Made by a program: the position numbers and the translations under genes. From NCBI GenBank assembly GCA_951406725.2, contig OX597833.1, positions 16,740,001 to 16,804,000 on the forward strand: a stretch of DNA of 64,000 nt. Direction: 5' to 3'. Shown here piece after piece: positions 38,993-52,835 of this stretch. Origin of the DNA: Octopus vulgaris. Its lineage: Eukaryota. Position 1 is the first letter of the stretch; each line of letters begins with the position of its first letter. The notes under the pieces were generated by a model that was given only the letters and a program-made list of their open reading frames with translations, made no database searches and was not told the origin of the DNA.

Positions 38993-39218
38993 TCTCTTCG
39001 ATTAATTACCGAACTAAATCTCACTCGAGTACAGAGACATCCTTGAATCTCCTGTCCCCGTCACTTACAGAGACCTATATAGCAGACCCAATAGAGCCGC
39101 TCCTATAAAAGCGCCTCTCGGAGTGAACCACCCCCATCACCCACCCACTCCATGAGCTAGGTTCATGTCCAGATATCACTCCACCGTCTGGAAAATAGAT
39201 AAATATGTTGAACAAACA

Positions 39219-39547
39219 GGCGCAGGAGTTGGCTGTGTGGTAAGTAGCTTGCTAACCAACCACATAGTTCCGGGTTCAGTCCCACTGCGTGGCATCTTGG
39301 GCAAGTGTCTTCTGCTATAGCCCCGGGCCGACCAATGCCTTGTGGGTGGATTTGGTATTGCTTGACAACCGATGCTGGTGTGTTTACGTCCCCGTCACTT
39401 AGCGGTTCGGCAAAAGAAACCGATAGAATAAGTACTGGGCTTACAAAGAATAAGTCCCGGGATCGATCTGCTCGACTAAAGGCGGTGCTCCAGCATGGCC
39501 GCAGTCAGATGATTGAAACAAGTAAAAGAGTAAAGAGTAAGAGTAAA
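39219..39547 (+). mobile_element. SINE family A with internal deletion
   Basis: Matches 12780-13190 but lacks the central microsatellite block. Confidence 0.88.
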
Positions 39548-40062
39548 CATATCAGGTACAGGAAACAAAACGAGTTGGTCATAGCTAGAACACCGGATGA
39601 AGGATGAAATTTGTAAACAGAAAAAATCTCTTCCAGTACAAATACCAATAACTTAGTACGTAACAGGTGTTGTACTTGTTCAAAGGTGAAATTCAAAGAG
39701 AAGCCAACAAACTCTTACGCAAACACCAGTAGGTGCATACATAGCTGCGTAACTGAGTGGTTAAGAAGCTCTCTTTGTAAGCTCGTGTTTCCGAGTTCAG
39801 TACAAAAGCGTGGCACTTTGGACAAATGTCTTCTAATGTATGCCCGGGTTGTCTAATACCTTGTGAGTGAATTTGGTATACGGAAACTGTTCGAAAACCC
39901 ATCATACGCACGCATGCACATACATGCACTCACACAATGGCTAAGGATTAGCATCACGCTTGAAACTCAGAGTACCAACGAAGTTGAATAAAACTGTTTT
40001 GACCTATACATGTGACTCCCAATAAATGTGTTGAAACTCCTCCTTTCGTTTGTCCTCTCACT

Positions 40063-40120
<58 letters not shown>

Positions 40121-40422
40121 TTTAACTTGTTTCAGTCATTTGACTGCGGCCATGCTGGAACACCGCATTTAGTCGAGCAAATCGACCCCAGCACTTATTC
40201 CTTGTAAGCCTAGTACTTATTCAATCGGTTCTCTTTTGTCGAAACGCTAAGTTACAGGGACGTAAACACACCAGCATTGGTTTGTAAGCGATGTTGGCGG
40301 GGGTTCAAACACAGGAAAATTTCTGAGCTGGGGCTCAATAGAAAGTTAGGGATCTTAGATCTGAACAGAATCTGCGCTCTTTCAACCAAACAAAGTCAAC
40401 ATCTGTTCGATCCATTCACACA

Positions 40423-40486
<64 letters not shown>

Positions 40487-40677
40487 TTCACACGCACACA
40501 CATACGCACGTTTATGATGGTTTCCATGCACTTTTACTTTTACCAAATCCGCTCACAAAGTAATGGTTCGCCCGCGTCTATAGTAGGAGACTCACACAAA
40601 GTGCGGCGCAGAAGGCCGGAACCCGATGCCACATGGTTGCAAACCAAGCTTCTAAACCAGGCCGCAAAACCATGTTT

Positions 40678-41114
40678 GGGATCTTTTCGGTTTGAACGGC
40701 AGTTATTTCTAGCGGTGTCATATGAAATTGTCACCCATAATTAGGACCCTAGTATCGATCTGTTGCATTTCAATCTGTTTTAGGGTTAGGGTTAGTTAGG
40801 GTTAGGGTTAGGGGTGGAAGGAAGGGTGTCTTTTTTTCTTCAGAAATGTAAATAAACCCAAACTGTTTCTTAAACGAGGGACATATTCATACGGCACCGA
40901 ATGTTTGTTTTTACCTCAATAGACGTCATTGATTGGTTGAAATTGCAGAAATTGAAGAAAAAAACAACAAATATCTTACAAACTATAGAATTTTTCAATA
41001 AAGCCAAGAGAAAAAGACGTTTTATAAACACATTCTACCAGTATACGAAGTTTAAAAGTGTTTAGTTACGTGGAAATTATTTTAAAAAACTGCCCTTCAA
41101 ACCGTAAAGATCCC
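40678..41114. mobile_element. Unclassified TIR element with 6-bp TSD and internal TTAGGG repeats
   Basis: TIR gggatcttttcggtttgaacggcagtt / aactgcccttcaaaccgtaaagatccc; ATGTTT on both flanks; (TTAGGG)n-like run at ~40780-40814. Confidence 0.85.
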
Positions 41115-41217
41115 ATGTTTGCGTTTATAGACTCTGGGGCATCAACCCCTACCCGTTCAGCTTCATAGCTAAGCAAACAAACACAAACACAAGCAAATAC
41201 AAACTAACCCATACGTA

Positions 41218-41296
41218 CACATACCTAATAATCACATACCTAATAATCACATACCTAATAATCACATACCTAATAATCACATACCTAATAATCACA
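41218..41296. repeat. 15-bp tandem repeat (acatacctaataatc) x5
   Basis: Direct inspection. Confidence 0.9.
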
Positions 41297-41870
41297 TTTG
41301 CTGTGGTAAAGCACATTGTAATACAGAGATATCATTGACATTATTACATATACATAAAAATACATTCCTTACACCGCTACCGCAACACAGTTCTTCAATT
41401 AGTCAGTCTCCCCCCTATAAATAAAGGTGAGTACCTTATTCCCCCCGCACCAAACCACAACTATACCCGCCTTTTCGTTTTATTTATAGACAAGGATATG
41501 CTATTTTCGTCAACGTCAATTTCATAGCTTACTTCCATCGCCAGCTTTCCTGCTGTGTCGAGGTGGATGATAAATATAGAGCACAGCTTCTATTTATAAA
41601 GATACTTGGCAGCTATGATTTCAAACTAAACACCGCCCTTAATCGGATGAGCGTGTATCGCATTTATTCTTAGAGAATTGTGGATAACATAATTATTACA
41701 GCTTTCTACATTGAAAAAAAAAAGGAAAAAACAAAGACTCTCTTCGGGACTATTCTACTTGCACAATATTAGATGTATGTAACTCTGTGAAGCAGAATTG
41801 CAGAATTACTGTTGTGTAAGAACTGATTCGTGAAATAAACGTAAAGGTTAAATACACACGCATCTCTCAT

Positions 41871-41945
<75 letters not shown>

Positions 41946-41960
41946 GTCTATCTGTCTATC

Positions 41961-42011
<51 letters not shown>

Positions 42012-42019
<8 letters not shown>

Positions 42020-42203
42020 ATATTTCGGAATAGTGATATTGCCAGTTTAGCCTATAAAAGCACACGCACTATATATTTGGTGTTATTTTGCTTCAGTGTT
42101 ATTTATTTTTTACATTAATCTTAATCTTAATAACACCAAATATATAGTGCGTGTGTTTTTATTGGCTAAACTGGCAATATGACCATTCCGAAATATAACA
42201 ATA
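42012..42203. repeat. ~75-bp inverted repeat of a (TA)n-embedded module (same family as 2570-2620 and 55680-55940)
   Basis: atattgttatatttcggaat...tttggtgttatt versus aataacaccaaa...attccgaaatataacaatat. Confidence 0.8.
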
Positions 42204-42260
42204 TCTGTTTCAACACACGGCTTCATATAAAAAATCTTGCACAACAAATATTTAAACGTA

Positions 42261-42332
<72 letters not shown>

Positions 42333-42341
42333 AATATATAA

Positions 42342-42415
<74 letters not shown>

Positions 42416-42630
42416 TGAGGGAATATTAATCCAAACTTACAGGGAAAAATTCAATTTAGAAATACTAAATAAAATTTCACAAAATATATAAATTAGAAAA
42501 CAACACCTTTTATCAATTCAATAATGAAAAATGAAGTTACACAATCTAAAAAATTACATATTATAGAAAGATTAAATATAAGATAAAACATATAACGATG
42601 ATTAAGTAATGTGCAAAATAATAAAAACGT

Positions 42631-42698
<68 letters not shown>

Positions 42699-42729
42699 CG
42701 GAGTAAAATTGTAAGGTACATATTGTGAT

Positions 42730-43098
42730 ACTCCGTCGGTTACGACGACGAGGGTTCCAGTTGATCCGTTGAAGGGAACAGCCTGCTCGTGAAATTAACG
42801 TACAAGTGGCTGAGCACTCCACAGACACGCGTACCCGTTAATGTAGTTTACGGGGAAATTTAGCGTGACACAGATTGTGACAAGGCTGGCCCTTCGAAAT
42901 ACAGGTATAACGGGAACAGGAAGAAAATGTGAGAGAAAGTTGTGGTGAAGAAGTACTGTAGGGTTCGCAACACTTCATCCCCTGCCGGAGCGTCGTGGGG
43001 CTTTTTGGTGTTTTCGCTCAATAAACACTCACATCGCCAGGTCTGGAAATCGAAACCGCGAGCTTACGATCGCAAGTCTGCCGCCCTAACCATTGGGC
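42730..43098 (-). mobile_element. SINE family B (tail 2)
   Basis: Reverse complement of 15977-16356. Confidence 0.85.
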
Positions 43099-43193
43099 AA
43101 GTGTTTCCTGCTATAGCCTCGGGCCAACCAAAGCCTTGTGAGTCGATTTGGTCGATGGAAACTGAAAGAAGCTCGTCGTATATATATATATAT

Positions 43194-43938
43194 ATTTGCA
43201 GTGGTGAAGAAATATATGTAGGTCAGACGGGAAATGCACTATCAGAACGTTCATGTGTACACCGACAACAGATTAGAGACCCAGAGGTCCGTCAGATACC
43301 TTTGAGTAACCACCTAGCAACATGTGGTCGGAAAATATATATAATACTAGCAGTATCGCCCGGCGTTGCTCGGGTTTGTAAAAGAAATAACTATATAAGC
43401 ATTTTTAGAGAGTTACTTCCCTTATAGATGCCAATTCGGGCTTTCTTAGCCATTTCTGTTTTGGTGTCTTCAAGCCATGAAGTCGTTGTTCTAAAAGAAC
43501 GCTGGTCTCCTTGACAACGCTTTACGACGTTGATTTCCTTACACTCCCTTCCCTACAGCTTCACGAGGGAGGGAAGAAGGGGGAGAAGCAAACAGGTGCA
43601 GGTGTGACCATGGACGCCAACTCCGCAGCCATCGACACACGAAAAATTATGCATTAAAATGGAATAAAAAATTATGTTAAATTATTTTTAAAATCGTAGA
43701 CTCATCGTAGACGCGCGCTAATACTCAGACGGGCTCGATATGAATCACGACTATAAGATACCCGAATTTGGTTAAACTGCACCGCAAAATGTGGGAGTAG
43801 TTAGGAATCTGAATCGAAGGGGACAGACACTCACACAACTACAGTTTTATATATATAGATTTCCATTCTACAAATTACACAGAAATCAGAGAAAAGAATT
43901 TTATTGATAAATTCGAACCCAAGCTAAATAAGCAATAA
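43194..43938 (+). pseudogene. Penelope-like element GIY-YIG endonuclease C-terminal remnant, split by a Helitron
   Basis: ICSG-EEIYVGQTGNALSERSCVHRQQIRDPEVRQIPLSNHLATCG; removing 43347-43859 restores in-frame RKIYIIFPFYKLH, then after a frameshift EIREKNFIDKFEPKLNKQ*. Confidence 0.85.
43347..43859 (-). mobile_element. Non-autonomous Helitron inserted in the PLE ORF
   Basis: Reverse strand TC...hairpin...CTAG, inserted between A and T with no TSD; shares termini with 33932-34302. Confidence 0.9.
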
Positions 43939-44410
43939 TAATAATAATACTTAGAGGTACTACTTCTACTGCTACGACCATGACCACTAACAACAACAAC
44001 AATACTAAAGGTGATCAAGATGAAGATAGCAGGAAAATTATCTTATTTAGGGTTAAAAGTTCTATTGCCACCACCATCACCACTAGCAACAATAATTAAG
44101 GTGCTGACAATGATGATGATGACAATTGAAATATAAAAATCCCTGACAAAGGCTATTTACAACATTTCTAAAAGTAGAGCAACAATTGCTGCCTCGGCCA
44201 GGGTTAAGATACAGGACTCTTGACATGTTCAACAAAGCGTGACGCCTAAACCAATCAGATTAAGTAATTGAGTGATGCTACACACTGATTGGTCAGAATA
44301 CAGTTTGCAAAACCTAGCAATCTGGAGCCTACACAGGTGTATTTAAGGCACAGATTTAACCATCTTGCTACTGTCAAAAATTGTGAAGCATGACTGTCAC
44401 CACTACTACA

Positions 44411-44455
44411 TGAACCTGAAGATTGCATACTTTAATGCATGAAAGTACTAGTTCA
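44411..44455 (+). ncRNA. Intact-looking minimal hammerhead downstream of the PLE GIY-YIG remnant
   Basis: tgaac-CTGAAGA-t-tgcat acttta atgca-t-GAAA-GTAC-T-A-gttca; perfect stem I, palindromic AGUACU stem III, CUA site. Confidence 0.85.
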
Positions 44456-44619
44456 ATCAGAATGAACATTTAACATTCTATTATTTTATTTTATTCTATT
44501 ATATTATATTATATTATATTATATTATATCATTATAAGATTGTAAATAAAACGTGAAAATCAGACAAGGTTGGAATTCCTTTTATTAATATATTCTTCTA
44601 TACTCAATCACACACACCC

Positions 44620-44658
<39 letters not shown>

Positions 44659-44818
44659 TATATAGCTTGATAGATAATCTGGTTACGGATATTAAATGTA
44701 TATATATATATATATATTCATATCGATACATATATATACATATATCTATACATATATATACATATAAATATATGTATATATGTGTGTGCGTGCGCGCGCG
44801 CGTGTGTGTGTGTGTGTA

Positions 44819-45036
44819 CAGTAATCCCTCGCCATATCGCGGTTCATCTATCGCGTTTTATTATTTAAGCTTACGTTGATTCCTCTTTGGTGTTGCTTTG
44901 CATTTATAAAAAAATAAATATATACAAATATATAAATAATAAAATAATATATACAGTACTCTTTCTACTTTGCGGATTTTCAGCTAACTCAGTGAGGTTT
45001 TGGAACGTAACACCCGCGACAGTCGAGGGATAACTG
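44819..45036. mobile_element. Tigger/pogo-like MITE
   Basis: TIR cagtaatccctcg / cgagggataactg, TA on both flanks. Confidence 0.8.
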
Positions 45037-45141
45037 TATGCATATATATGTGCATGTGATATGATATATATGTATATATAACATATAAGTATCAAATATA
45101 TATATATATACACTTTATTAAAGAGCAGTAAAAATATCACA

Positions 45142-45184
45142 AAAACTGTTACTCGTTTCACGTTCCCGTTCGTCGGACAGTTTT
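45142..45184 (-). ncRNA. Hammerhead motif (CCGACGA core), same family as 7661
   Basis: Reverse strand: aaaactgt-CCGACGA-acg ggaa cgt-GAAA-cgag-T-A-acagtttt (8-bp stem I). Confidence 0.7.
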
Positions 45185-45428
45185 GTTTAGAATGGAGCAA
45201 GATAAAGTTATATGCAGAAATACAATTACTTTGATAGATGCACATTTGAAAATGGTTTTGTTTCATTGGTCCTTTCAACTAACGGTCTTTTCAATAACCG
45301 ATTGCGGTTTAAAATCATATTATTATAAAAATCGAAGAAAATCTTAAATCAGAAATAGCTTATAAAAAGGAAAAGGCCTGAATACCCAGGGTGTAAAAAT
45401 AATAAAAAATTAATATATTGAAAGATAT

Positions 45429-45862
45429 ACTCTTTTACCCTTTTACTTGTTGCTGTCGTTTGACTGTGGCCATGCTGGAGCACCGCATTTTTAGTCGAGG
45501 AAATCGACTCCAGGACTTATTCTTTGTAAGCCTAGTACTTATTCTATCGGTGTCTTTTTCCGAACCGCTAAGTTACGGGGACGTAAACACACCAGCATCG
45601 GTTGGCAAGCGATGTTAGGGGTGGGCAAACACAGATACACAGACATACACACACACACAGGCGCACGCACACACACACATTTATATATAGATATATACGA
45701 CGGGCTTCTTTCAGTTTCCATCTACCAAATCCACTCACTAGGCTTTGGTCGGCCCGAGGCTATAATAGAAGGCACTTTCCCAAGGTGCCACGCAGTGGGA
45801 CTGAACCCGGAACCATGTGGTTGGTAAGCAAGCTACTTACCATACAGCCACTCCTACGTCTA
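45429..45862 (-). mobile_element. SINE family A, full length
   Basis: Reverse complement of 12780-13190. Confidence 0.88.
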
Positions 45863-46108
45863 TATATCCGTTAAAAACAAAATTTCACGCTAGATTACAT
45901 ATACATTTAGCAACGTATACACATACCAAACAGTCTATACTATACGTATATACACTAAACATACCGACGCAGGTACATGGTTACATACATATACAGATAT
46001 ATATAGGCAAGATATAAATATATACAAATACATATATAAGAATATTACTCTACCTCTGGTATTCGAGTACTATTTTTTCCACCTTGTTCCGCATTTATGT
46101 GCTTACTC

Positions 46109-46161
<53 letters not shown>

Positions 46162-46688
46162 TATACATGCATACACACATCGTTTCTAAGTGTTGAACTC
46201 GAAGTAGATAAAGCTTTAAAGAATAGTATCTTGAATATTGAATTAAAAAGCCCTTTGACTATACATGCTCTCTCTGTCACTCTCTCTCTTTTCTCTCCAT
46301 CTCACACTTCTTTCCCCCCTCTCTCTCTCTCATAAACACACGTAAGCGCGTGCACATCCACACACACTCAGACACGTACAAACACTCTTACACAAAAAAC
46401 ATATACACACGTGTGTATATATCTACGTATACATGTGTGTACCTGCTTTCGCTGTTTTCCTCTTCTCTTATCACTATGAAGTGAGTTCTACGAAAATAAT
46501 TTCGATGCTTCCATTTCAGGATGGCCTATAGAATTTGCATGATTAGGCCCATAGCCAAAATCTTATATGTAGTAAAATTAGTCATACATAGATCATAATT
46601 TAAAAAATTTAAGGTGTTGGTGCAAATGTTTCCCCAAATTGTCAGTAAATAGAGAGCTACATCTCTGCAGAGCTGGAGGGTCGTGTTA

Positions 46689-47076
46689 TCTCTGTATATA
46701 TAAAGCTGAAGTTGTCTGTGTATGGCAGGCTTGGTAACCTTCAACTAACACTATCTCCTCCGAGACCCTGCGGAGCATGTTGACCAAAATTGAGAGTATG
46801 ATAGAAGGCTTGCTCTTCCTTCTGTAGAAAAAAAATTTAAATCGGACCATGTTAACACCAAAAATTATTTACATCAAAAAGGTGCTTTTTTTTCTATGAA
46901 AATCCCTATTTTTTACAATTTTTTGACTGCTGTGTCGCCATTTTTCGGTGTATTTCAATCAGAAAAATGTTCACTTAAAGAGAATAACAAGCTACATAAT
47001 GCAAAAGTTTACTTTTCAAAAATTCCATTTCTAAAGGGTCGAAACAAACTCGAGCAACGCCGAGCGATACTGCTAG
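46689..47076 (+). mobile_element. Non-autonomous Helitron (second subfamily)
   Basis: A|TC start, ctcgagcaacgccgag hairpin, CTAG|T end; inverse copy at 60842-61232. Confidence 0.85.
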
Positions 47077-47763
47077 TAAAAAGTTAAAATATAAACTTTG
47101 AGATCGCTAAATTCTGTCGAATACGAATAAACTAGTACTCAATACAAATAAACTTGTTTGAATTCTTTAGAAATATAAATTTTGGAGACGAACAGTTAGT
47201 TTTTAACTAAATTTTATGATGAGAGTTTAGGGTACAATTCTTAAATGTGCGAGTAACGGTTTTCTAACTCCAGGAAAAAAATCAAAGGCATGCTTTGAAA
47301 ATTCGTATTTAAAGCACTTCTTACAGTAATCAAGCATGTTCATTGAAGCGTGTTACTGGGCCTATTATTTCCATAATCAAGAAGAGAATCTTAAATTTTA
47401 ATTAAATCTCAGAAGAGTCGGTCTCATAGTGTAATGATACCACTCTGGATTTTGATTCCAGTTGCTCAAGTCTGCGTAACCTTTGTTCTATTTATATGTT
47501 TTTTTTTCGTTTTTATTCACCTTTCCAATTTCTGCATCTATTTTCCTCTCGTTTTTTTTTCTGGTGATTTCCCTTGTCCTTGCGTCCTGTTTTGTCAATT
47601 GAATAGACCATGTGCTCGGAGCTCGAGACTACTTGGAGACACAAGGAGTGTTATGAAAACCTGCCGAGAACTGCGTCTCCAATGCCAAAAAGCTATGAAC
47701 AACTCATATATTTATACTGTGTACTGTAAATTATATATATACATACATACATACATACATACA

Positions 47764-47840
<77 letters not shown>

Positions 47841-47886
47841 TATTGATATAGATATGTGTGTGTGTTTGATGGTGATTATTGTCCCT

Positions 47887-47960
47887 GGGCCGTTTAGCTT
47901 AATGGTAGAGTACTCATCCGGTATCCGAGGAGGTACGAGTTCGAGGCTCGGAGCTGTCTA
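47887..47960 (+). pseudogene. tRNA-like sequence (tRNA pseudogene or SINE head)
   Basis: A box tagcttaatggtag with D-stem gctt/gagt, B box gagttcgagg with T-stem cgag/ctcg; acceptor and anticodon stems imperfect. Confidence 0.55.
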
Positions 47961-48028
47961 CTGACAACATTTTCCGTCTTGTAAGGAGTAAAATACCCAA
48001 TCTACGTTTGAAATATTACTCTCTTGTC

Positions 48029-48080
<52 letters not shown>

Positions 48081-48508
48081 TGTATGCACATGTCCAAATA
48101 TTCACACACATGAAGGCATTATTTCAGCAGTGGCTTGACGGTCAATTACGATGATAAATGCTTCTCTTCGATCAACTGAACATCTCAGTCATTGAATTAC
48201 AGTGGAAGTGATCGACTATTTCACGGCCACCCTTTTCGTCACCATCCGGCAGAGTCAGGGAATCAGGGTGACACACTAAGCCTCCTGAATTATAAGTACA
48301 AATAGTTTCCATCTTCCTAATATCATTCGCAAGGTGTGAAGCGACGCCCACCTCATAGTTAAAGACACTTGTCCGAAACGTCACGCAGTTACGTAAAACG
48401 GATAAATGCATACTTAGACGTATACATACATTTGTACAAAATCTGTGTGTAAAACTCTTCTGTCTTTCTTGACATTTGTGCACCATCGCTTGTATATATA
48501 CGGATCAT

Positions 48509-48623
<115 letters not shown>

Positions 48624-48781
48624 CCATCTTCCTTTCTGTGTCATTAATTCTTTCAACCACTCTTTCTTTTCTTTGCTTCTTTCTTCTCCCTCCGTGTGAT
48701 TCATAAAAGGTCATCAAAATATTTCTATCATTTATGACTATATATACATAAGTACATATATACATACGTACATATATTACT

Positions 48782-48843
<62 letters not shown>

Positions 48844-48854
48844 ATGTATGTATA

Positions 48855-49098
48855 TTGGGTTGGTGCATAATTCTGTGGCTTGTTTTCAACAAATTTCATT
48901 CAACAAATTTCATTCAACATGTAACAAAAAACATCTTTAAATGATTATTCCGGAGCATATTCACTATCTACTTCATCAATTACTGCTTCCCATTTGGTTG
49001 GCAGACAAGCAGACCGTCATCTAAAGATGTTTTTGTTAAAAATTGTTATTGCTTTTGTTGAAAAAAAAAAGCCGCAACAACCCAATATATGCATCAAC

Positions 49099-49102
<4 letters not shown>
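48855..49102. mobile_element. Mariner-derived MITE
   Basis: TIR ttgggttggtgcata / tatgcatcaacccaa, TA flanks. Confidence 0.75.
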
Positions 49103-49141
<39 letters not shown>

Positions 49142-49364
49142 ACCGTGAGAGACCTACCTACATAAATATATTTGTATTTGTGTGTGTGTGTGTGTGTGTG
49201 TATAGACCATGAGAAACATACCTATATGCATATGCATACATATATACATACATACACACGCACACACACACAATCTTCTCTGCTTGTGTATGTATAGATG
49301 CTTGCATCTAATTGTTTGTGACAATATGTGTGCGGATGCCTGTGCGTCTATATGTATCTGTTTG

Positions 49365-49419
<55 letters not shown>

Positions 49420-49420
49420 G

Positions 49421-49561
<141 letters not shown>

Positions 49562-50501
49562 TTATCTATATATCTATGTGTGTGTGTGTATGTGTGTGTT
49601 TTCGGGTCACGTGTGAGCTTTTCTAATTATGCTTGCGTGCATTTGATATTTTATAATGCCTTATATATGATAACAGATATTACCGTGGAACCGGCATAGT
49701 GTCTTGCTGTCATATTTATTCATTTAATTATCATATAGCCTCCCTTCTTCATCTTGTGTCAAATTAGGGCAGGAGTCATATATACTACTGTAGCACGTTT
49801 TTCATTCATACTCAGCTCTCCTCGAGTAACTAAACCACTGACAATCAATTGTAATATCCAGCTATGCTAACGAACCATCGATTTTTCCAAGCCGTTATGT
49901 GTAGAAATGTTAGCTAAGCTCCTCCCCGCCTCAGCCGATATAATCGAAGCCCCTGATCAGTTTGCGGCTTGTATCTTTCAATAATTTCTTGAGAATCACA
50001 GTCAATGTATTTCCTTATATGGAAAGTTACGCTTTACATTGAAACCAAAAATAGATCTGACACTGAAAATGGCTGCTCACTAGCGTCGAGCTAGACGGAG
50101 GGATTTGATTGGTTGGCTGTTCACAATTCCCGGGCATTTCAGGAGGCTGTCAATTGTAGAAGCTCTGGCAAATACATACAGTTTTCTTACTCTTCTAAAG
50201 ACACAATAACACTGCAACCTACAGACACATGCAAACCTCTTTCATACATATACACGCAAGCACGTGCATGTATTTCAAATTCGCTGCACGGGAAAAATGC
50301 ATTAGTTTTAAAGCGGTTGACCTAATTCGGACTTAATAAGAGTAAATGTTTTATACTAGTGAGTGTATATATCGTATGTATACATGAATATATGCATGTC
50401 TGTATGTATGAATGCAGGCATTCATGTATATCTATGTATTTATGTTCATACCTGTGCATGTACATATATGTGTATGTGTGCATGTATACAGGCATTACGT
50501 A

Positions 50502-50555
<54 letters not shown>

Positions 50556-50750
50556 CACATATATCTGTCTGTATACATACATTATTTATCCATCAATCCG
50601 TACGTCTGTCTGTCTATCTGTCTGTATATACAGTATTTACATACATGCATACATATATATATATATGCATGATATATACATATATATATCTATGTGTGTG
50701 TGTGTGCGGTATATATATATTATATATATATACATGTATATATATATATT

Positions 50751-50788
<38 letters not shown>

Positions 50789-50794
50789 CATACA

Positions 50795-50830
<36 letters not shown>

Positions 50831-50845
50831 TACATATATATATAC

Positions 50846-50917
<72 letters not shown>

Positions 50918-50933
50918 GATAATAATAATAATA

Positions 50934-50977
<44 letters not shown>

Positions 50978-51179
50978 TCAGGTGGTTAGAAGCGACTTTA
51001 AAGCAAAAAGGAATTAATTCAGGGTCTCTAAACGTGATCAATGGTGCAGAGAGCACCAGCGTTGCTAGAAATAGTCATAGTCACTCTAACCACAAACAGC
51101 ACATACTATATGTGTGTGAGTGTGTGTGTGTGTGTGTGTGTGTTTGTGTGTGTGTGTATGTGTGTTTGTGCGTGTATAC

Positions 51180-51248
<69 letters not shown>

Positions 51249-51254
51249 TATATC

Positions 51255-51637
51255 ATTCATGTACTTGTTTCAATCATATGACTGCGGCCATGCTGGAGCA
51301 CCGCCTTTAGTAGAGCAAATCGACTCCAGGTCTTATTCTTTGTAAGCCTAGTACTTATTCTATCGCATCTCTTTTGTAGAACCACTATGTTACGAGGACG
51401 TAAACACACCAACATCGGTTGTCAAGCCATTGCGGAGTGACAAACACAGACACGCACGTAAATATACACATATTTTTGGGACAGGCTTCTTTCAGTTTCC
51501 GTCTACCAAATCCACTCACAAGGCTTTGGTCGGCCCTAGGCTATAGTAGAAGACACTTGCCCAAGGTGCCATGCAGTGGGACTGAACCCCGTTGGTTGGG
51601 AAGCAAACTTCTTACCACACAGCTACGCTGCGCCTAT
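51255..51637 (-). mobile_element. SINE family A
   Basis: Reverse complement of 12780-13190. Confidence 0.85.
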
Positions 51638-51763
51638 ACATACATACATACATACATACATACATACATACATACATAAATACATACATAAATACATACA
51701 TACATACATATCTACATACATACATACCTACATACATAAATACATACATACATAAATACACAA

Positions 51764-51794
<31 letters not shown>

Positions 51795-51863
51795 CATACA
51801 TACATACATATCTACATACATACATACCTACATACATAAATACGTACATGCATAAATACACAA

Positions 51864-51894
<31 letters not shown>

Positions 51895-51971
51895 CATACA
51901 TACATACATATCTACATACATACATACCTACATACATAAATACGTACATACATAAATACACAAATACATAC

Positions 51972-52003
<32 letters not shown>

Positions 52004-52780
52004 GTATAATATGTGCGTGTGTTTGCATGCATTTATGTATATGTATATACGAGTATGTTTGTATATGCATGTCTGCATGCGTGCATCCGTGTATGCAAGC
52101 ATGTATGTTCTGCTGTATGTGTAGAAGCTATGCATACGTATGTGAGTGCGTAAGTGTTTGGCGCATACAGTACACACACACAAGATATATATTTTCCCAG
52201 GGACATTTGTTCCCCGGCCTTGGATGACACAGTTTGGTTCTTTGGATCACGTGTCATGACAGGAATATCCCCGTCGCATACAACAGATATAGTAGTATTA
52301 CACAGCGTAAGCCGTTCCTACTCTACAACTCTTCCATGTGACTGGCACCAGATTCCATAGTAAAACATTGATGTTGGCGCTACTAACGGAATCTGGACCA
52401 TCGCAGTCTTTTCTGTTCTTCGTTTTTTTTCTTTTTGTTTTTTTTTCTTTTTTTTTTCTTTTTTTGTTTTTGTCTTTCTTATTTTAGCGGCCTTCGAAAA
52501 GAAAACGTGAAATTGTCGTCTTTCTCGCTTACGTCGTTGTCATCGTTGTCGATCTCATCTTCATCTACATCATCATTATCTTCATCATCGCCACAGTCGC
52601 CACCACCACTGCCGCCACCACCACTGCCGCCGCCACCACCACAACCATCATCGCCATCATTAATCATCATTATCATCATCTTCACTACCGCCACCGCCAC
52701 CGACATCACCACCATCGCCATCGTCGTCGTCATCATCATCATCATCGTCATCATCATCATCATCGTCATCATCATCATCG

Positions 52781-52835
<55 letters not shown>

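Noticed and set aside
47887-47960. Functional tRNA gene
   Set aside because: Acceptor and anticodon stems are imperfect and no clear terminator follows; kept only as tRNA-like.
48172-48486. 104-aa minus-strand ORF in unique sequence
   Set aside because: No recognisable motif; start lies next to a microsatellite; length is compatible with chance.
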